Made by a program: the position numbers and the translations under genes. Shown here piece by piece: positions 26,356-39,954 of a DNA stretch of 64,000 nucleotides (position 1 is its first letter; every line of letters begins with the position of its first letter). The notes beneath the pieces are model-generated. The model did no database searches and was not told where the DNA came from. It saw nothing but the letters and a program-made list of their open reading frames with translations. Origin of the DNA: Hemiscyllium ocellatum (Eukaryota); contig NC_083430.1 of assembly GCF_020745735.1 (NCBI RefSeq), positions 26,402,909-26,466,908 of the forward strand. The letters are read 5' to 3'.

Positions 26356-26496
26356 TTAAAGCGCTTCATCCCCGCCTCATTTTTACAACAGATACTCCAT
26401 CAAATTAGGTCAATTCTGAGTACCATTTAGTTAAATTTCTCCGGGAGCTGTAAAAATTATATGCTTTGATAAATTACTTTTTTACCCCTTCAAAAT

Positions 26497-26772
26497 GGTG
26501 CTCAAAACCTCAATTATCCAAACATCAATTATCCGAATTTCGGATTATCTAAACAAGATCTCAAAGTCCCATAAAAATGGCATTAGGCAACTCAGCATTC
26601 ATTTATTAATTAAGCAGCATTATGTTGTACATTGCCAGATAACAGAGAAATGTTCGATAACCGTCACTCAACTTACTGCTTGCTTACGATCAGATCAATT
26701 ATCTAAACGATCAATTATTCAAACAAAATATTCCATGTCCATCTCGTTCAGATAACAGAGGTTCTACTGTAC
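26497..26772. mobile_element. Tigger/TcMar-like MITE
   Basis: Inverted ends aaacctcaattatccaaac / gttcagataacagaggttctactgta; right end is CTG+TA. Confidence 0.55.
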
Positions 26773-26849
26773 TTCCAGCACATCCTATTTCTGTCAACAT
26801 TCTATTTAACCTTTATTCAAAAGATGGCATCTCCAAACAAGGCATTATC

Positions 26850-27397
26850 TTGGAACATTTCATGCAATTCTGATCTTTTTCCTATTGGAAGGATGTAGTG
26901 AAATTTGAAAGAGTTCAGAAAAGATTTACAAGGATGTTACCAGGGTTGGAAGATTTGAGCTATAGGGAGAGGCTGAATAGGCTGTGGCTGTTGTCCTTGG
27001 AGCATTGGAGGCTGAGGGGTGACCTTATAGAGGTTTATAAAATCATGAGGGGCATGGATAGGATAAATAGACAAGGTTTTTTTTTCCCGGGGTGGAGAAG
27101 TCCAGAACTAGAGGGCATAAGTTTAGGGTGAGAGAAGACAGGGATAAAAGGGACCTAAGGGGCAATTTTTTTTTCACACAGAGGGTGGTATGTTTATGGA
27201 ATAAGCTGCCAAAGGAAGTGGTGGAGGCTAGTACAATTGCAACATTTAAAAGGCATTTGGATGGGTTTATGAATAGGAAGGGTTGGAGGGATATAGACCG
27301 GGTGCTGGCAGGTGGGACTAGATTGGGTTGGGATATCTGGTTGGCATGGATGGGTTGAACTGAAGGGTCTATTTCCATGCTGTACATCTCTATGACT
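26850..27397 (+). mobile_element. CR1 LINE 3' end (RPL11 intron 3)
   Basis: ERVQKRFTRMLPG..LSYRERL..RLRGDLIEVYKIM; FTQRVV..WNKLP; ctctatgact tail. Confidence 0.85.
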
Positions 27398-27573
27398 GTA
27401 GCACCAGTTTTATCAAACAGATCAATTTCTCTTCTCTGCTTGCCCCCACATCAACTGTAACTGCTTGAAACAGTTGCTGAAGCAAGGGTTACAAAAGGAC
27501 CTTTTAAAAAGAAGATTCACCCTTATCATTAAAGAGGAAACCTAAATTACTTCCACAAACTACTTCAAAATTA

Positions 27574-27729
<156 letters not shown>

Positions 27730-27763
27730 TCAAAAGCATTTAAGTCACATTTTATAAAGTTCA

Positions 27764-27934
<171 letters not shown>

Positions 27935-28764
27935 CTAAATTAAGGGATGACTTTAGAAATCAAGAAATATTTTTCTGGTAATATTAAGTTTAATGCTGGC
28001 CACTGTGACCTTGATGAATTCCTCTTCTCTCCACATATTGCTCTCAAATATTAACATCTGCCCACCAATTTTGCTCCCACAAAAAGTAGCTATACTAACG
28101 CATTTACTAGACTTTCAGTAAATGTTCCAGTAGATTCATGAAAGCTCCACATGCAATCAATTTAACCTTGCGGTATAATTGAAAATATCTTTTCTTAAAT
28201 CAGAGTTGTAATTTTAAATTATTCAATAATAGAGAATGGAGTATGGGTTATTAAATAGAGGTTATTGATGGGAGGAGTAATGCACTCCTATTTCCTTGTT
28301 CAACCCTGGTGTTAGAATGCTGAATAAATCAAACAAACAGCACTGTAACTGTAGTTTCCTAGTTCCACCACTTAGCAATCTGCCAGGATCAGAGAATCAA
28401 TGTGTATTCAGAACATTAGTAGTTGTGATATCAGTGCTCTGCTCTCAGATTTTAAATTTAGTATGCATTTTTTTTTTGTTGACATCGTATTGATATGTAT
28501 CATGGCAAGTTTTAAAACTTCTTTCATAGGTTGTGAGCATCACTGACTAGAGAACAATTTATTGCCATTGTACAGTAGCAAAAAACGTCATGCGCATGAT
28601 ACTCACACCACAGTCCTTGTATCTAACACCTCCATAGCTTTAAGACATTTGCAACTTTTTCTACTTTGGAAACCTTCTGTCAACCCACTCATCCCTTCTG
28701 GCACATATGCCAATAATGTCCTAATTTTTGTTGTTAATTGTTGAGATAAATGACTTTATCCAGG

Positions 28765-30305
28765 TCTTGTGCGAAGATTTGTATCTTGGGTGCCAGTTGT
28801 TGTGGGTATGTTCGCCGAACTGGAAAGTTGATTTGCGGATGTTTCATCCCATCTAGGTGACATCTTCAGTGTTTGACAACACAACAATCATAGGACAAGC
28901 TAAATAGAGGACATCCAGAGAATTCCTAGAAGCATGGAATTCATCTTCGGACTCTATCAACAAGCACATTGACCTAGATCTGAAATACCAGCCACTACCG
29001 ACTCCCTCAGCTACCTAGATTACACCTCCTCCCATCCTGCCCCCTGTAAAAACGCCACCCCATATTCCCAATTCCTTCGCCTCCGCCGCATCTGCTCCCA
29101 GGAGGACCAACTCCAATACCGAACAACCCAGATGGCCTCCTTCTTCAAAGACCGCAATTTCCCCTCAGATGTGGTTGACGATGCTCTCCACGGCATCTAC
29201 TCTACTTCTCGCTCCTCTGCCTTTGAACCCCGTCCCTCCAATCGCAACCAGGACAGAATCCCACTGGTCCTCACCTTCCGCCCCACCAACCTCCAGATAC
29301 ATTTCCGCCACCTCCAAACAGACCCCACCACCAAGGATATATTTCCCTCTCCTCCCCTATCAGTGTTCCGGAAAGACCACTCCCTCCGCGACTCCCTCGT
29401 CAGGTCCACACCCCTCACCAACCCAACCTCCACTCCCGGCACTTTCCCCTGCAACCGCATGAAATGCAAAACATGTGCTCACACCTGTCCCCTCACTTCC
29501 CTCCAAGGCCCCAAGGATCCTTCCATATCCGTCACAAATTCACCTGCACCTCCACACAAATCATTTACTGCATCCGCTGCACCTGATGTGACCTCCTCTT
29601 CATCGAGGAGATAGGCCACCTACTTGCGGATCGTTTCAGAGAACACCCCTGGGACACCTGCACCAACCAACCCAACCGCCCTGTTGCTGAACACTTTAAC
29701 TCCCCCTCCCACTCCGCCAAGGACATGCAGGTCCTTGGCCTCCTCCATCGCCAGACCATGGCAACACAACTTCTGGAGAAAGAGCACCTCATCTTCCGCC
29801 TAGGAACCCTCCAACCACAAGGGATGAATCCAGATTTCTCCAGTTTCCTCATTTACCCTCCTCCACCTTATCTCAGTTCCAACCCTCGGACTCAACACCA
29901 TCTTCTTGACCTGCAATCTTCTTCCCTACCTCTCCGCCCCCACCCCCTCTCCAGCCTATCACCCTCATCTTAACCTCCTTCCATCTATTGCATTCCCAAC
30001 GCCCCTCCCCCAAGTGCCTCTCTTAGCCTGCTTGGCACACCCTCCTCATTCCTGAAGAAGGGTTTATGCCCGAAACATCGATTCTCTTGCTCTTTGGATG
30101 CTGCCTGACCTGCTGTGCTTTTCCAGCAACACATTTTTCATACCAGCCACTACAACAAATAACCGGAACTGGCAACCGGAAGCAGCAGAAACAAAACCAA
30201 ATAAATTCCAGAAGAGACAGTACAGCAGCGCTTCAAAGGAGGCTTCAAAGCACTGAAGATGTTACCTAGACAGGAGACAAAATGTCTGCAAATCAACTTC
30301 CCAAA
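28765..30305. mobile_element. Penelope-like element (same family as 8178-8822) split by a nested insertion
   Basis: REFLEAWNSSSDSINKHIDLD peptide at ~28917-28980 continues after 30153. Degenerate hammerhead motifs at 28834-28872 (-) and 30250-30290 (+). Confidence 0.75.
28999..30139 (+). mobile_element. Neptune-type Penelope-like element, 5'-truncated (RT thumb, Cys linker, GIY-YIG endonuclease, hammerhead 3' end)
   Basis: YLDYTSSHP..PYSQFLRLRRICS; FPCNRMKCKTC; IIYCIRC..RFREH..HFN; LIFRLGTLQPQGMN. 14-bp TSD ATACCAGCCACTAC (28985-28998, 30140-30153). Hammerhead core at 30052-30079. Confidence 0.85.
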
Positions 30306-30599
30306 CATTTGGTTTATTCTCTGTTAGCCCATTATGTATCACAATCTACTGCCAGCAAAGATCAACCATCATGTGTTCAGGTTTGGTCAATGTGTAATCA
30401 GTGCCAACAAACCATATATCTCATGATCTGGCTACCATGTTGCAAGGATATAATTTTGCCATCAGCGCCTATAATGTTTCCTGGACCTTTCAATTACTTT
30501 TTGCATCTCTTCTCTCGCAATACACCATGTCCCTAGAATTATAATTCTTTTCCTGACACAATATCATAAAATTGTCCAAATCTTTTCTGAAACTTCATA

Positions 30600-32200
30600 C
30601 AAACATATAAAATCGGAGTTGAAGGATATTCAGCCCTTCAAATCTATTTCATCATTCAATATCATCATGGTCAATTGGTTCAATTTATCCTCAGTAAACT
30701 GTGATTTCCTTGTCCAACATAATCCTGATTCCTTTATTGATTAAAATTCTGTCTACCTCAGCCTTGAACAAATTTGATGAGCCAGCCTCTCCAGCCCTCT
30801 GTGCAAAAAAAAGTCCACAGAACCACTACCCTCTGGGGGAAAGAAATTCCTCCTCTGTCCTAAGCAGGCAATTCCTTACTCTGAGATTACTTACCCTTGA
30901 CTTTTCCACAGAAAGGCTTTCCACATCGACTGTTAGGGTCCCATGAATTTCATGTTTCAATAAAGTCACCTCTCATTCTCCTAAACTCCAGTGAGCATAG
31001 GCCCATCCTACAAACCTCAAAGTCCCCCTTTTTCTATCCTGCTTGTTACTTCCTCAAAGAACAGCAATAAATTTGTCAAGTATGACTTCCCCTTCATTAA
31101 GCTACGATGACTCTACTTGATATTATGATGTACTTCTAAGTACTCTGTTACATCCTTTGTCACACTCCAGTATTTTCCCAATTGACATTTTCCCAGCTAA
31201 CTGGCCCATAGTTAATTGTTTTTGTGTCTCTCTCCCTTTTTAAATAAAGTGTTACATTGGCAATTTTCTAATCCTCTGGAATGCTTCTCAAATCTAAGAT
31301 TTCTGAGAAGCTTACTACCAATGCATCAATTACGCCTGCAGCTGCTTCTTCTAAAACCTACCTCATAACAAATGTCAAGCCAGCTAACCTGCAGTTTCCT
31401 CTTTTCTTCTTCCATTCTTCCTTCTTGAAGTCAGGAGTTATATTTGCTACTTTCCATTACAATAGAACTTTCCTTGAAGCAAATGCAGTTTTGGAAAATT
31501 AACATTGACATGTCTACTAACTCATTAGCAATCTCTTTTAAGACACTAGGATGAAATCCTGGATCCCAAGACGCATCAGGCTGCATTAAGAATCACACAA
31601 CACCAGATTATAGTCCAACAGGTTTAATTGGTTCCTATTAAACCTGTTGGACTATAATCTGGTGTTGTATGATTTTTAACTTTGAACACCCCAGTCCAAC
31701 ACCGGCATCTCCAAATCAGAATACATTAGTTTGCTTAGTACTGTTTCCCTCATGATTATAACTCTGTTAAGTTCTTCTCTCCTTTCACCACCTGATTTAC
31801 AGCTCTTACTGAAATGCTTATTGTATTCTCTATAGTGAAGGCAGAAGTAAATATTTTTTTTCATTTTATCCACCATTGCCTTGATATCTACTATTAGCTC
31901 TCCATTCTCACTCTCTAGAGGATCAGCACTCATTTTACTTACTCATTTTCATTTTTCAATGATCGTAGAAGCTCTTGTTATCCATTTTTACATTCCTAAC
32001 TACCTTCTTCCTCTAGCCTAATACGCCAGTTACTTCAGTATGCTCAACTTTCATGCCCACATGCTTGCCTTTATTGAGGCTTAAAATTCTCATTTTAGAC
32101 CCAAATTTCTGCCTTTCAAGCTACATGTAAAATTAAATTATAATGTGGTCACTGCTGTATACAGATGCCATTAGTCAAAGCGATTAATTAATCCTGTCAA
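30600..32200 (-). mobile_element. Old decayed CR1 LINE fragments
   Basis: Minus-strand remnants such as DPLESENGELIVDIKAMVDKM and CR1 tail-like sequence; many stops. Confidence 0.5.
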
Positions 32201-32913
32201 ATGGCATGACATTCAAATGTTCTTCAAATAGTGAACTAACTGTAGTCTTTTGTAAAGCAGGAGGATAATCCTACAGTATTGAAAGACATTTTCAGATTCC
32301 TGTTATAACATAACTGATCACAGCTACAGTCCCCAACTCCCCAAGAGTGTGTTTAATGCATGTACTGTCCGTGCTAAAGAAGCTGTTAGTTTACAATTCA
32401 GCTGGTCAGCAAAAGAAATTTGTTAGCACTTAGTCTACTCCAAAATTAAAACCTGAACTTCCGTGTTATTTTCTTCCAGATCAGAAATGTCTCATCTCTG
32501 CATTCTGAACTCAGGAGCAGAAATCAGAATTTATATTTGGAGTACTACGTAGAGTTTTGAATTCCTATTTAAATATAAATTGCATTTGAATAATTCAGTG
32601 AAGGTTCTCTCACCTGATACCTGGGATGGAGGGATTATGTTATAAGACAAGCTTTGGACAGTTTGGGCGTGTTTCCATTGGAGTTTAAAAGAATGCAAGG
32701 TGATCCTGTATAATGCATAAGACCCTGGACTTAGTGGATTTTTGCCCTTATGGGAAGGGTACACAGATTAAAATGTCAAGGTCTCCTATCCAAGATGGAG
32801 ATGGGATTTTTTTTCTCTCAGAGGGTCAGTTGCACCTGCAATTCACTTCTCCAGACAGCAGTGGAGCTAGGATCACTTCGTATTTATACAGCAGGGTCAC
32901 ATTCTTGTCTGAC

Positions 32914-33096
32914 AGCATCTCAGGAGCAGAAAATCGATGTTTCAGGCAAAAGCCCTTCATCATTTATGATGAAGGGCTTTTGCCCAGAACACCGATTTTC
33001 CTGCTCCTCGGATGCTGCCTGACCTGCTGTGCTTTTCCAGCACCACTCTAATCTTGACTCTGAATCTCCAGCATCTGCAGTACTCACTTTCGCTTT
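32914..33096. mobile_element. Penelope-derived element with head-to-head hammerhead remnants
   Basis: 15-bp TSD ACATTCTTGTCTGAC; palindromic centre aaaagcccttcatca-ttta-tgatgaagggctttt. Confidence 0.75.
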
Positions 33097-34490
33097 ACAT
33101 TCTTGTCTGACTAAGTAGTGGGGGTGGGGGTGGGGGTGGATCCAAGGTTATATGGGATAGAAAGGAATGTGAAGTTGAGGCTACAGGTCAGCCATAATCT
33201 TATCCAATTGTGGAGGAGGCTTTGCAATTATTGTGTATTAATAAACTCACATAATGGGGCAAATAATTTGTTTATGAAGTTTAACATAGTTAGGTTGCAT
33301 CATTCGGTAGGAAAAATAGAGAGGTTGCTCAGGAGGTGCAAATCTAGGTGGAGTGGATGAACAGAGAGAGTTTGGAGTACCAACACAAATTAGTGAATTC
33401 ACAAAAAGAGCGAAATAATCACAAACTTTATTTCTAGAATAAAAATAAAAGGTGGGTAAATTATGCTGAAACTTGGTTAGATCACTGCACATAAATCTAG
33501 TCACTATATTAAATGAAAGCCTGTTGAAGCTCAGGGCTGGATGGGTATGGGGTGCAGAGAAGATTTACAAGGATAATACCAGAAAAGCATGGGTAAAAAT
33601 ATCAGGAAATATTAACAGGTTGGTTCATTTTTCTTTTGAAAAGGATGGCTGAGGGGTGACTTAATAGAGGTGATTAAAATTATAAAAGGTTTTGGTACAT
33701 TAGGTCTAGAGAGAATGTTCTCGTATGTGGAGTACAACTAGAGTCCATCAATATAAGATATTCACCAAGAAATGAATTCAGTAGAAATTTAATTACCCAA
33801 CAGGAAGTCATTAAAGTGCACAGTACACATGAATGTAAGAGATAACTAGACCAGCATAAGGGAGGAGGGAACAAATATCTACGATAGTCCATTACAAGGA
33901 GGAAATATTGGAGGAAGCTGAAGTAAAACATAAACATCAGCATGGGCTGATTACTTTGTTTTTGTCCTGTACATCCTCTGTACCGATCGCTGGCTTTTTG
34001 TGTCCCCCACAATCGTACAACATCTAACTCCGTTGCCCTTAGATTAAAAATGCGTTCAAGCCTGAAACTGCAGTACTGCAAACAACATCTTCCATGGTCC
34101 TACACTAAAGAAGTAATCCATTTCCTAGTTTTAAAACAACTTCTTACACAATCCACAGTAATTTACACTTATGCAGCGCTTTCGAGGCAATTAAAAACAT
34201 CCCAGAAACTAAAGTTGCACACGGGGGCACATTTTTCCTTTTAAAATAAACTGTCACTCAGAATGTTAAAAAGCAAATAAGTTGTTTGGGAAAGCGCACA
34301 GACCGACATCCACAGCTTTCAGTAACAGGCAGCTATTGCATGTTATTTATTTATTGCTTCAGGCTGAGCGGATTTCGTCTCGACTCTATTTAACAGTCAA
34401 TGTGAGCACCGAGTCGCCTCAAGCCAGGGCCCTCGGTGAGTTTTAAAGTAAATCGATTGTCCTTAATCCTGCCCCCACCCTTTCGCTTAC

Positions 34491-34496
34491 CGCCAT
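34491..34496 (-). CDS. RPL11: 60S ribosomal protein L11, exon 1 coding part (Met-Ala)
   Basis: caacATGGCG|gtaagc. Spliced total is 537 nt = 178 aa. Confidence 0.92.
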
Positions 34497-34640
34497 GTTG
34501 GTGCTGGAGACAAGGCAACGGTTTAAACCGGGGCCTGCATCGCCCTGGACATGAACCAGAGCATCACATTCTTACCGATTAGCGCCCCCTTTCCACCGCC
34601 AGGAGAATACACCCTCCTCATCTCCCCCACAAAAACATCA
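34491..34640 (-). promoter_or_regulatory. RPL11 core promoter, pyrimidine-rich initiator and YY1 site
   Basis: Minus strand CCTTGTCTCC (34515-34506) just upstream of the ATG; YY1 consensus CGCCATNTT at 34491-34499; CpG-rich. Confidence 0.6.
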
Positions 34641-34644
34641 TTAC

Positions 34645-34828
34645 AAAATGCTGGATAAAAGCAAATTACTGTGAATACTGAAATCTGAAACCAAAAGAGA
34701 AAATGCTGCAAAATCTCAGCAGGTCTGGCAGCATCTGTAAGGAGCTTTGACAAAGGGTCAGTTAGACTCGAAACGTCAGCTCTTTTCTCTCCTTACAGAT
34801 GCTTCCACACCTGCTCAGATTTTCTCTT
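34645..34828. mobile_element. Penelope-derived fold-back element with degenerate hammerhead
   Basis: aatctcagcaggtctggcagcatctgtaagg ... ccttacagatgct..acctgctcagattt; core ttgacaaagggtc..gactcgaaacgtc. Confidence 0.65.
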
Positions 34829-34998
34829 TTGGTATTAGAAAATGCTGATCAGTTTCCTCAAAAACTGATAACTCAAAAAGCAATCAGTGCAACTGGAAGC
34901 AGAACAGAAACTTGCATTGGAAGAAGAAAAAGCAAAAGCCCTGGTGGAGGTTTACACGACCAAGGTTCAAAATGTATTTTAGTTTCAAGGATGGTGTT

Positions 34999-35653
34999 AT
35001 AGAACATATAGAACATAGAAGGATACAGCGCAGTACAGGCCCTTCGGCCCTCGATGTTGCGCCGACCGAGTCCTACCTAACCTATACTAGCCCAATAACT
35101 TCCAAATGCCTATCCAATGCCCGCTTAAATGAACATAAAGAAGGAGAGTTCACCACTGATACGGGCAGGGCATTCCATGAACTCACAACCCGCTGTGTGA
35201 AGAATCTACCCCTAACATCTGTCCTATACCTACCACCCCTTAATTTAAAGCTATGTCCCCTAGTAACACCTGACTCCATTAGCGGTAAAAGGTTCTTAGT
35301 ATCTACCCTATCTAAACCCCTAATCATCTTATACACTTCTATCAGATCTCCCCTAAACCTTCTCTTCTCCAATGAGAACAGCCCCAAGTGCCTCAGCCTT
35401 TCCTCATACGATCTTCCTACCATTCCAGGCAACATCCTGGTAAACCTCCTCTGCACTCGTTCTAAAGCTTCCACATCCTTCCTATAGTATGGCGACCAAA
35501 ACTGCACACAATACTCCAGATGAGGCCTCACCAGAGTCTTATACAACTGCAACATGACCTCAGGACTCCGGAACTCAATTCCTCTGCCAATAAAGCCCAG
35601 TACACCATATGCCTTCCTCACAGCACTATTTACCTGGGTGGCAACTTTCAGAG
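34999..35653 (-). mobile_element. Young CR1 LINE 3' fragment
   Basis: Stop-free ORF2 C-terminus (LYKTLVRPHLEYCVQFWSPYYRKD..RGDLIEVYK..WNALP) with ttctatg tail repeats. Confidence 0.9.
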
Positions 35654-35701
35654 ATAAACTTGTTGATGACAAATTTGGTGTGATTTCCAGCATCTCCAGA
35701 T

Positions 35702-35925
35702 CTAACAGGTCGTTCTCCTATAACACATTCCAGCAACCTTGCTAAATAGAAAATCGCTTAAAAGAAATAATGAGAGCTATGTGAAAAGTAGAGTTGGGGC
35801 AGACCATCAAAAGTATCACTCATGATCGCTCAAAAATCAACCAAAAGCCTAACACAAAGTATAACACGGCCTAAATGGAGGTTTAAATCATATTTATTAA
35901 CAAACCAAATGTAAATTTAACACTC
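35702..35925 (+). mobile_element. Tigger-like MITE fragment
   Basis: caggtcgttctcctataac end and body shared with 58471-58700. Confidence 0.55.
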
Positions 35926-36196
35926 AAGGGCATAGGTTTATGATGAGAGGGGAAAGATATAAAAAAGACCTAAGGGGCAACTTTTTCACGCAGAGGGTGG
36001 TACGGGTATGGAATGAGCTGCCAAAGGAAGTGGTAGAGGCTGGTACAACTGCAACATTTAAGAGGCACTTGGATGGGTATATGAATAGGAAGAGTTTGGA
36101 GGGATATGGGCCGGGTGCTGGCAGATAGGACTAGATGGGTTGGGATATCTGGTTGGACCAAAGGGTCTGTTTCCACGCTGTACATCTGTATGACTC
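35925..36196 (+). mobile_element. CR1 LINE 3' end
   Basis: RGNFFTQRVVRVWNELP..FKRHLDGYM. Confidence 0.85.
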
Positions 36197-38836
36197 AACA
36201 CTCAATGATGTTTATTGAGCCATTTTCCAGGAGTGATAGGCTGAGAAATTAACGGTCAGGATCAAACAGGGATACAACAAAAAATAATAGAATGGGACAA
36301 GTAATGCTAAAAAGAATAAGGCTTTGTGCCATAATTTAATTTGCAATCAAGTAGATGAAGGAATCACACAAATAGATGAAAATAGGCATGGTATAATGAG
36401 AATTATGAAGGTATTGCTGCAGGACCAAATATCAGAAAAGGACAGATAAAAGGAAAAGGCAGTGGAGTTGCGTTGCTGATTAAAGAGGGATTAATGCAAC
36501 ACTCAGGAAGGATACGCTCCAGCAATGTGAAATCTGTGTACGTAGAGCTGTGAAATACTAAGAGGAAAAAAACATTAATGGGGTTTGTTTAGAGACCATG
36601 AAATTGTAGGACTGATGTTGGAAATGGCATTAAACAGGAAAATCAGAGATGCCTGTAATAAATGAATGTCTGTAATTATGTCTGTAATTATCCATCTGCA
36701 TATAGATTGGAAAAATCAAGTGAGTAACAATACTATATATGTGATGGTTTTCTCAATCAATATATTGAGGAACCAAATAGAGAACAGGCCATCCTAGACT
36801 GGGTATTGTATAATCAGAAAGGAATAATTGGCAATCTAGTTATGTGAGGCTCTTTGGGGAATTCCTCATCAGGGTGGAGAGTAACATAGTGATTCTGAGA
36901 CTAAGGTCCTGAATCTAAATAGAGTAATACTTTCCGAATTAGCAAAGTAGTTAGTATTAGGTTTAACCAGAGACAAAAGTAAAGCTGAATTTGTAAGGCA
37001 GTTAGTCGAGCACTTAGGTGTGTCAGAGAAGCAGACTAGTGCAGTAGAACTAGAAAAACTTAAATTACAATTGAGGAAAATGGAGTTAGAAAATAAATAA
37101 AAGGAAAGAAGAGCCATGTTAGAGGAAAAGAAAAGAGAGGGAAGGTTCTTAGCTGAACAAAAAGAGAGGGAAGAAAAAGAGAGAGAAAAGAAAGAGAAAA
37201 GGAGAGAGAATTTGAACTTCAGAAGTTGCAAATTAGTTAGGAAAGTCAAGTTAACAGAATGAAGAGAGAAAGTAGTGATATATACAAATATGTTAAAACA
37301 CTGCCACATTTTGATGAGAAAGATATCAATGCCTTCTTTATTTCATTTGAAAAATTGGCTAGGCAGATGGAATTGTCAGAGAACTTGTGGGTCATGCCAG
37401 TTTAGACCAAGCTGGTCGGCAGAGCTACTGAGGTATTTGCAGCGCTGTCAGATGAGGAGATGAAGAGATTATGAAGATGTCAAACATGTTATTTTGAGTG
37501 CTTGTGAATTGGTACCAGAAGCGTATAGACCGTGATTCAGAACCATAAAGAAGGAACCAGCTCAGACTTATGTTGATTTTGAAAGAATTAAACATAGTCA
37601 TTATGAGAGATGGGTGCTGGCCTTAAAAATAGATAAGATCAACCAGGCTCTAAGAGAGTTTATTTTGTTGTAGGAGTTTAAAAACTCATTTCTAGAGATG
37701 ACAAGAATTCATTTGGATGAACAGAAAGTTCAGGAAGTGAGAAGAGCAGCAGAGATGGCAGATGAACATACATTGGTGCATTAGGCAAAGTTTAGCTTCT
37801 GGCAAGAATTTCATCCTGTGAGAGATAGAAATTGGGAGAAAGGGAGAGCCAACACTACAAAACAAAGAGTAGAGAACACTGGTAATTGTTTACCCCAGAT
37901 TAAAAAAGACGCTCAAGAGGTTGGAAAGGAGGTGAAAGGCCTCAGGTGTTTCCACTGTGGTAAAGTGGGATATGTAAAGTCACAGTGCTGGTCATTAAAG
38001 AAAGGCATTGTGGGAAAAGATGCGGTAAAAGAAGCTAAGCCAGTGGCATTAGTGAAAGTAGTAAAGGAAACCCCAAGAAAGTCAAGGAGCTGCAGGAAAG
38101 CGCACAGCCTAGGCAGGGGCTGGGTGTGGGGTTAGTGCCTGATCTCCATAAAGACTTTGCCTCTGAGAATAAATTTACTCAGAAAGAACAGGGGGAGAAG
38201 GGTAAGATGTTATAATTTTAAAAGATAGAGGATCTAACCAGTCTCTAATAATAAGAGATGAACGTATTTGCACTTTTTCTGACATGTTACCCAAGAGAGA
38301 AGTAATTTGTGGGATAGATGGACAGAACTTTAATATTTTCCTATGTAAGATCAGGGTGGAGTGCCAACTCAAGAATGAGGAAATAACAGTGGGAGTGTTT
38401 GAAAAGTGACAGTTGCAGGAATACAGTTTGTTCCTGGGAATGATTTAGTGGGATCCAACGTGGGAGTGACACCCCTTGTTGTGCAGAAGCCAAAGGAAGA
38501 CAAGGGAACTGAGGAGTTAAAAGAAAAATACCCTGGAATTTTCCCAGACTGTGTAGTGACAAGATCCCATTATCATAAGTCACAGCATGAAGCAAACACT
38601 AAAGAGAAAGATAAATGAGTTGAGGTTCAGTTAATGGACACCCGGTTTGCCCTGTTTGATGTAATGGTGCAGGAAAAACCTGAACAGGCAGAGGGTCAGG
38701 CAGAAGTGTTTAGTCCAGAAAGGATAAGCAATTTACAACAGAAAGGCGAAACAGTAAAAGATATGTATGTTGATGCATACTCAGAAAAGGAGTCAGAGAA
38801 TATTCCTGAGGGTTATTATCTTAAAGATAGAATCCC

Positions 38837-39509
38837 TGGCAAATACCCTGACAGAAATTTTAGGAACGGAAATTAGGGTGGACCCTGTATCTCTCCTTTT
38901 GGGCTTTTCGAACCTCTCATCTCTGGATATGCATGGGAAGAGACTATTTCCTATTCTCTCTTTCTGTGCAAGGAAAAATATTTTGGTGAACTGGGTGGCT
39001 GAGGGCCCCCCTGGACTTTCAAATTGGCACAGATTAATTATGGAATATATCCCCCTTGACTTCCTCACAAATATGGTGCACCGAAAGACTGAATTATTTT
39101 ATAAAATATGGCAGCCCTTTTTGAATTATATAAATGCAGATATTTCGGCCATCCTAACAAGGGCTTTTATTTAGTGAAGATTTCAGACCGGGCTGCTCCG
39201 GGGCCCCTTGGGAGAGGAATCCTGCGCGAATACGGGTTATATTACATTTGATGTTTATACATTCCGAGCATGTAAGAGACTTAGGTATACACTCTGGTTA
39301 GTTATAGGTTAGATTAGTAGAAAGTTGAGTTTTTTTTTTCTTTCTTTTTTCGTTTCTTTTTTTTTGTTTTCTTTCTTTCTCTTTTCTTTGTTAAATTATG
39401 ACTATTGTATATATGATTTAATTGTACATCAATCTTTGTATTTGAGAGTTTTGTTTATTTTTGTAAATTTGCAAAAATGTTAAATTTCAATAAAAATATC
39501 TACAAAAAA
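38837..39509 (+). mobile_element. L1 LINE 3' fragment inserted into the Gypsy element
   Basis: 14-bp TSD AAAGATAGAATCCC (38823-38836, 39510-39523) at a TT/AAA site; ORF2 C-terminus ARKNILVNW..P...W..FYKIWQPF; AATAAA and poly(A). Confidence 0.85.
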
Positions 39510-39954
39510 AAAGATAGAATCCCAAGATGAAAATGGAGACCACGGCATGTTAGTGCAGAGAAGAAATGGGCAGAACGGCACCAGATTGTGTTACCAGTGG
39601 CATTTAGACAGGAAGTGTTACAGGTAGCACATGAACTACCTGCAGGAGTTCACTTAGGTGTACAAAAGGCTCAGGCTAAGGTACAAAGGCATTTCTATTG
39701 GCCTAGAATGCACAAGCATGTGGTTAACATTGGCTGTACATGTCATACGTGCCAAATAGTAGGTAAGCCACAGGCAGGAATAAAACCAGCATGTTTGTTG
39801 CCAATTCCTGCATTCGAAGAACCTTTTATGTGGGTTGTGATTAACTGTGTAGGTTCCCTCCCACGAACTAAAAGTGAGAACCAGTATCTACTAACCATAA
39901 TGGATGTGTCCACCAGATTTCCAGAGGCAATTCCATTATGGATTATTATGCAAA

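Noticed and set aside
36869-37309. Hydrophobic 146-aa minus-strand ORF resembling a membrane protein
   Set aside because: It is the antisense shadow of the purine-rich Glu/Lys coiled-coil region of the Gypsy gag.
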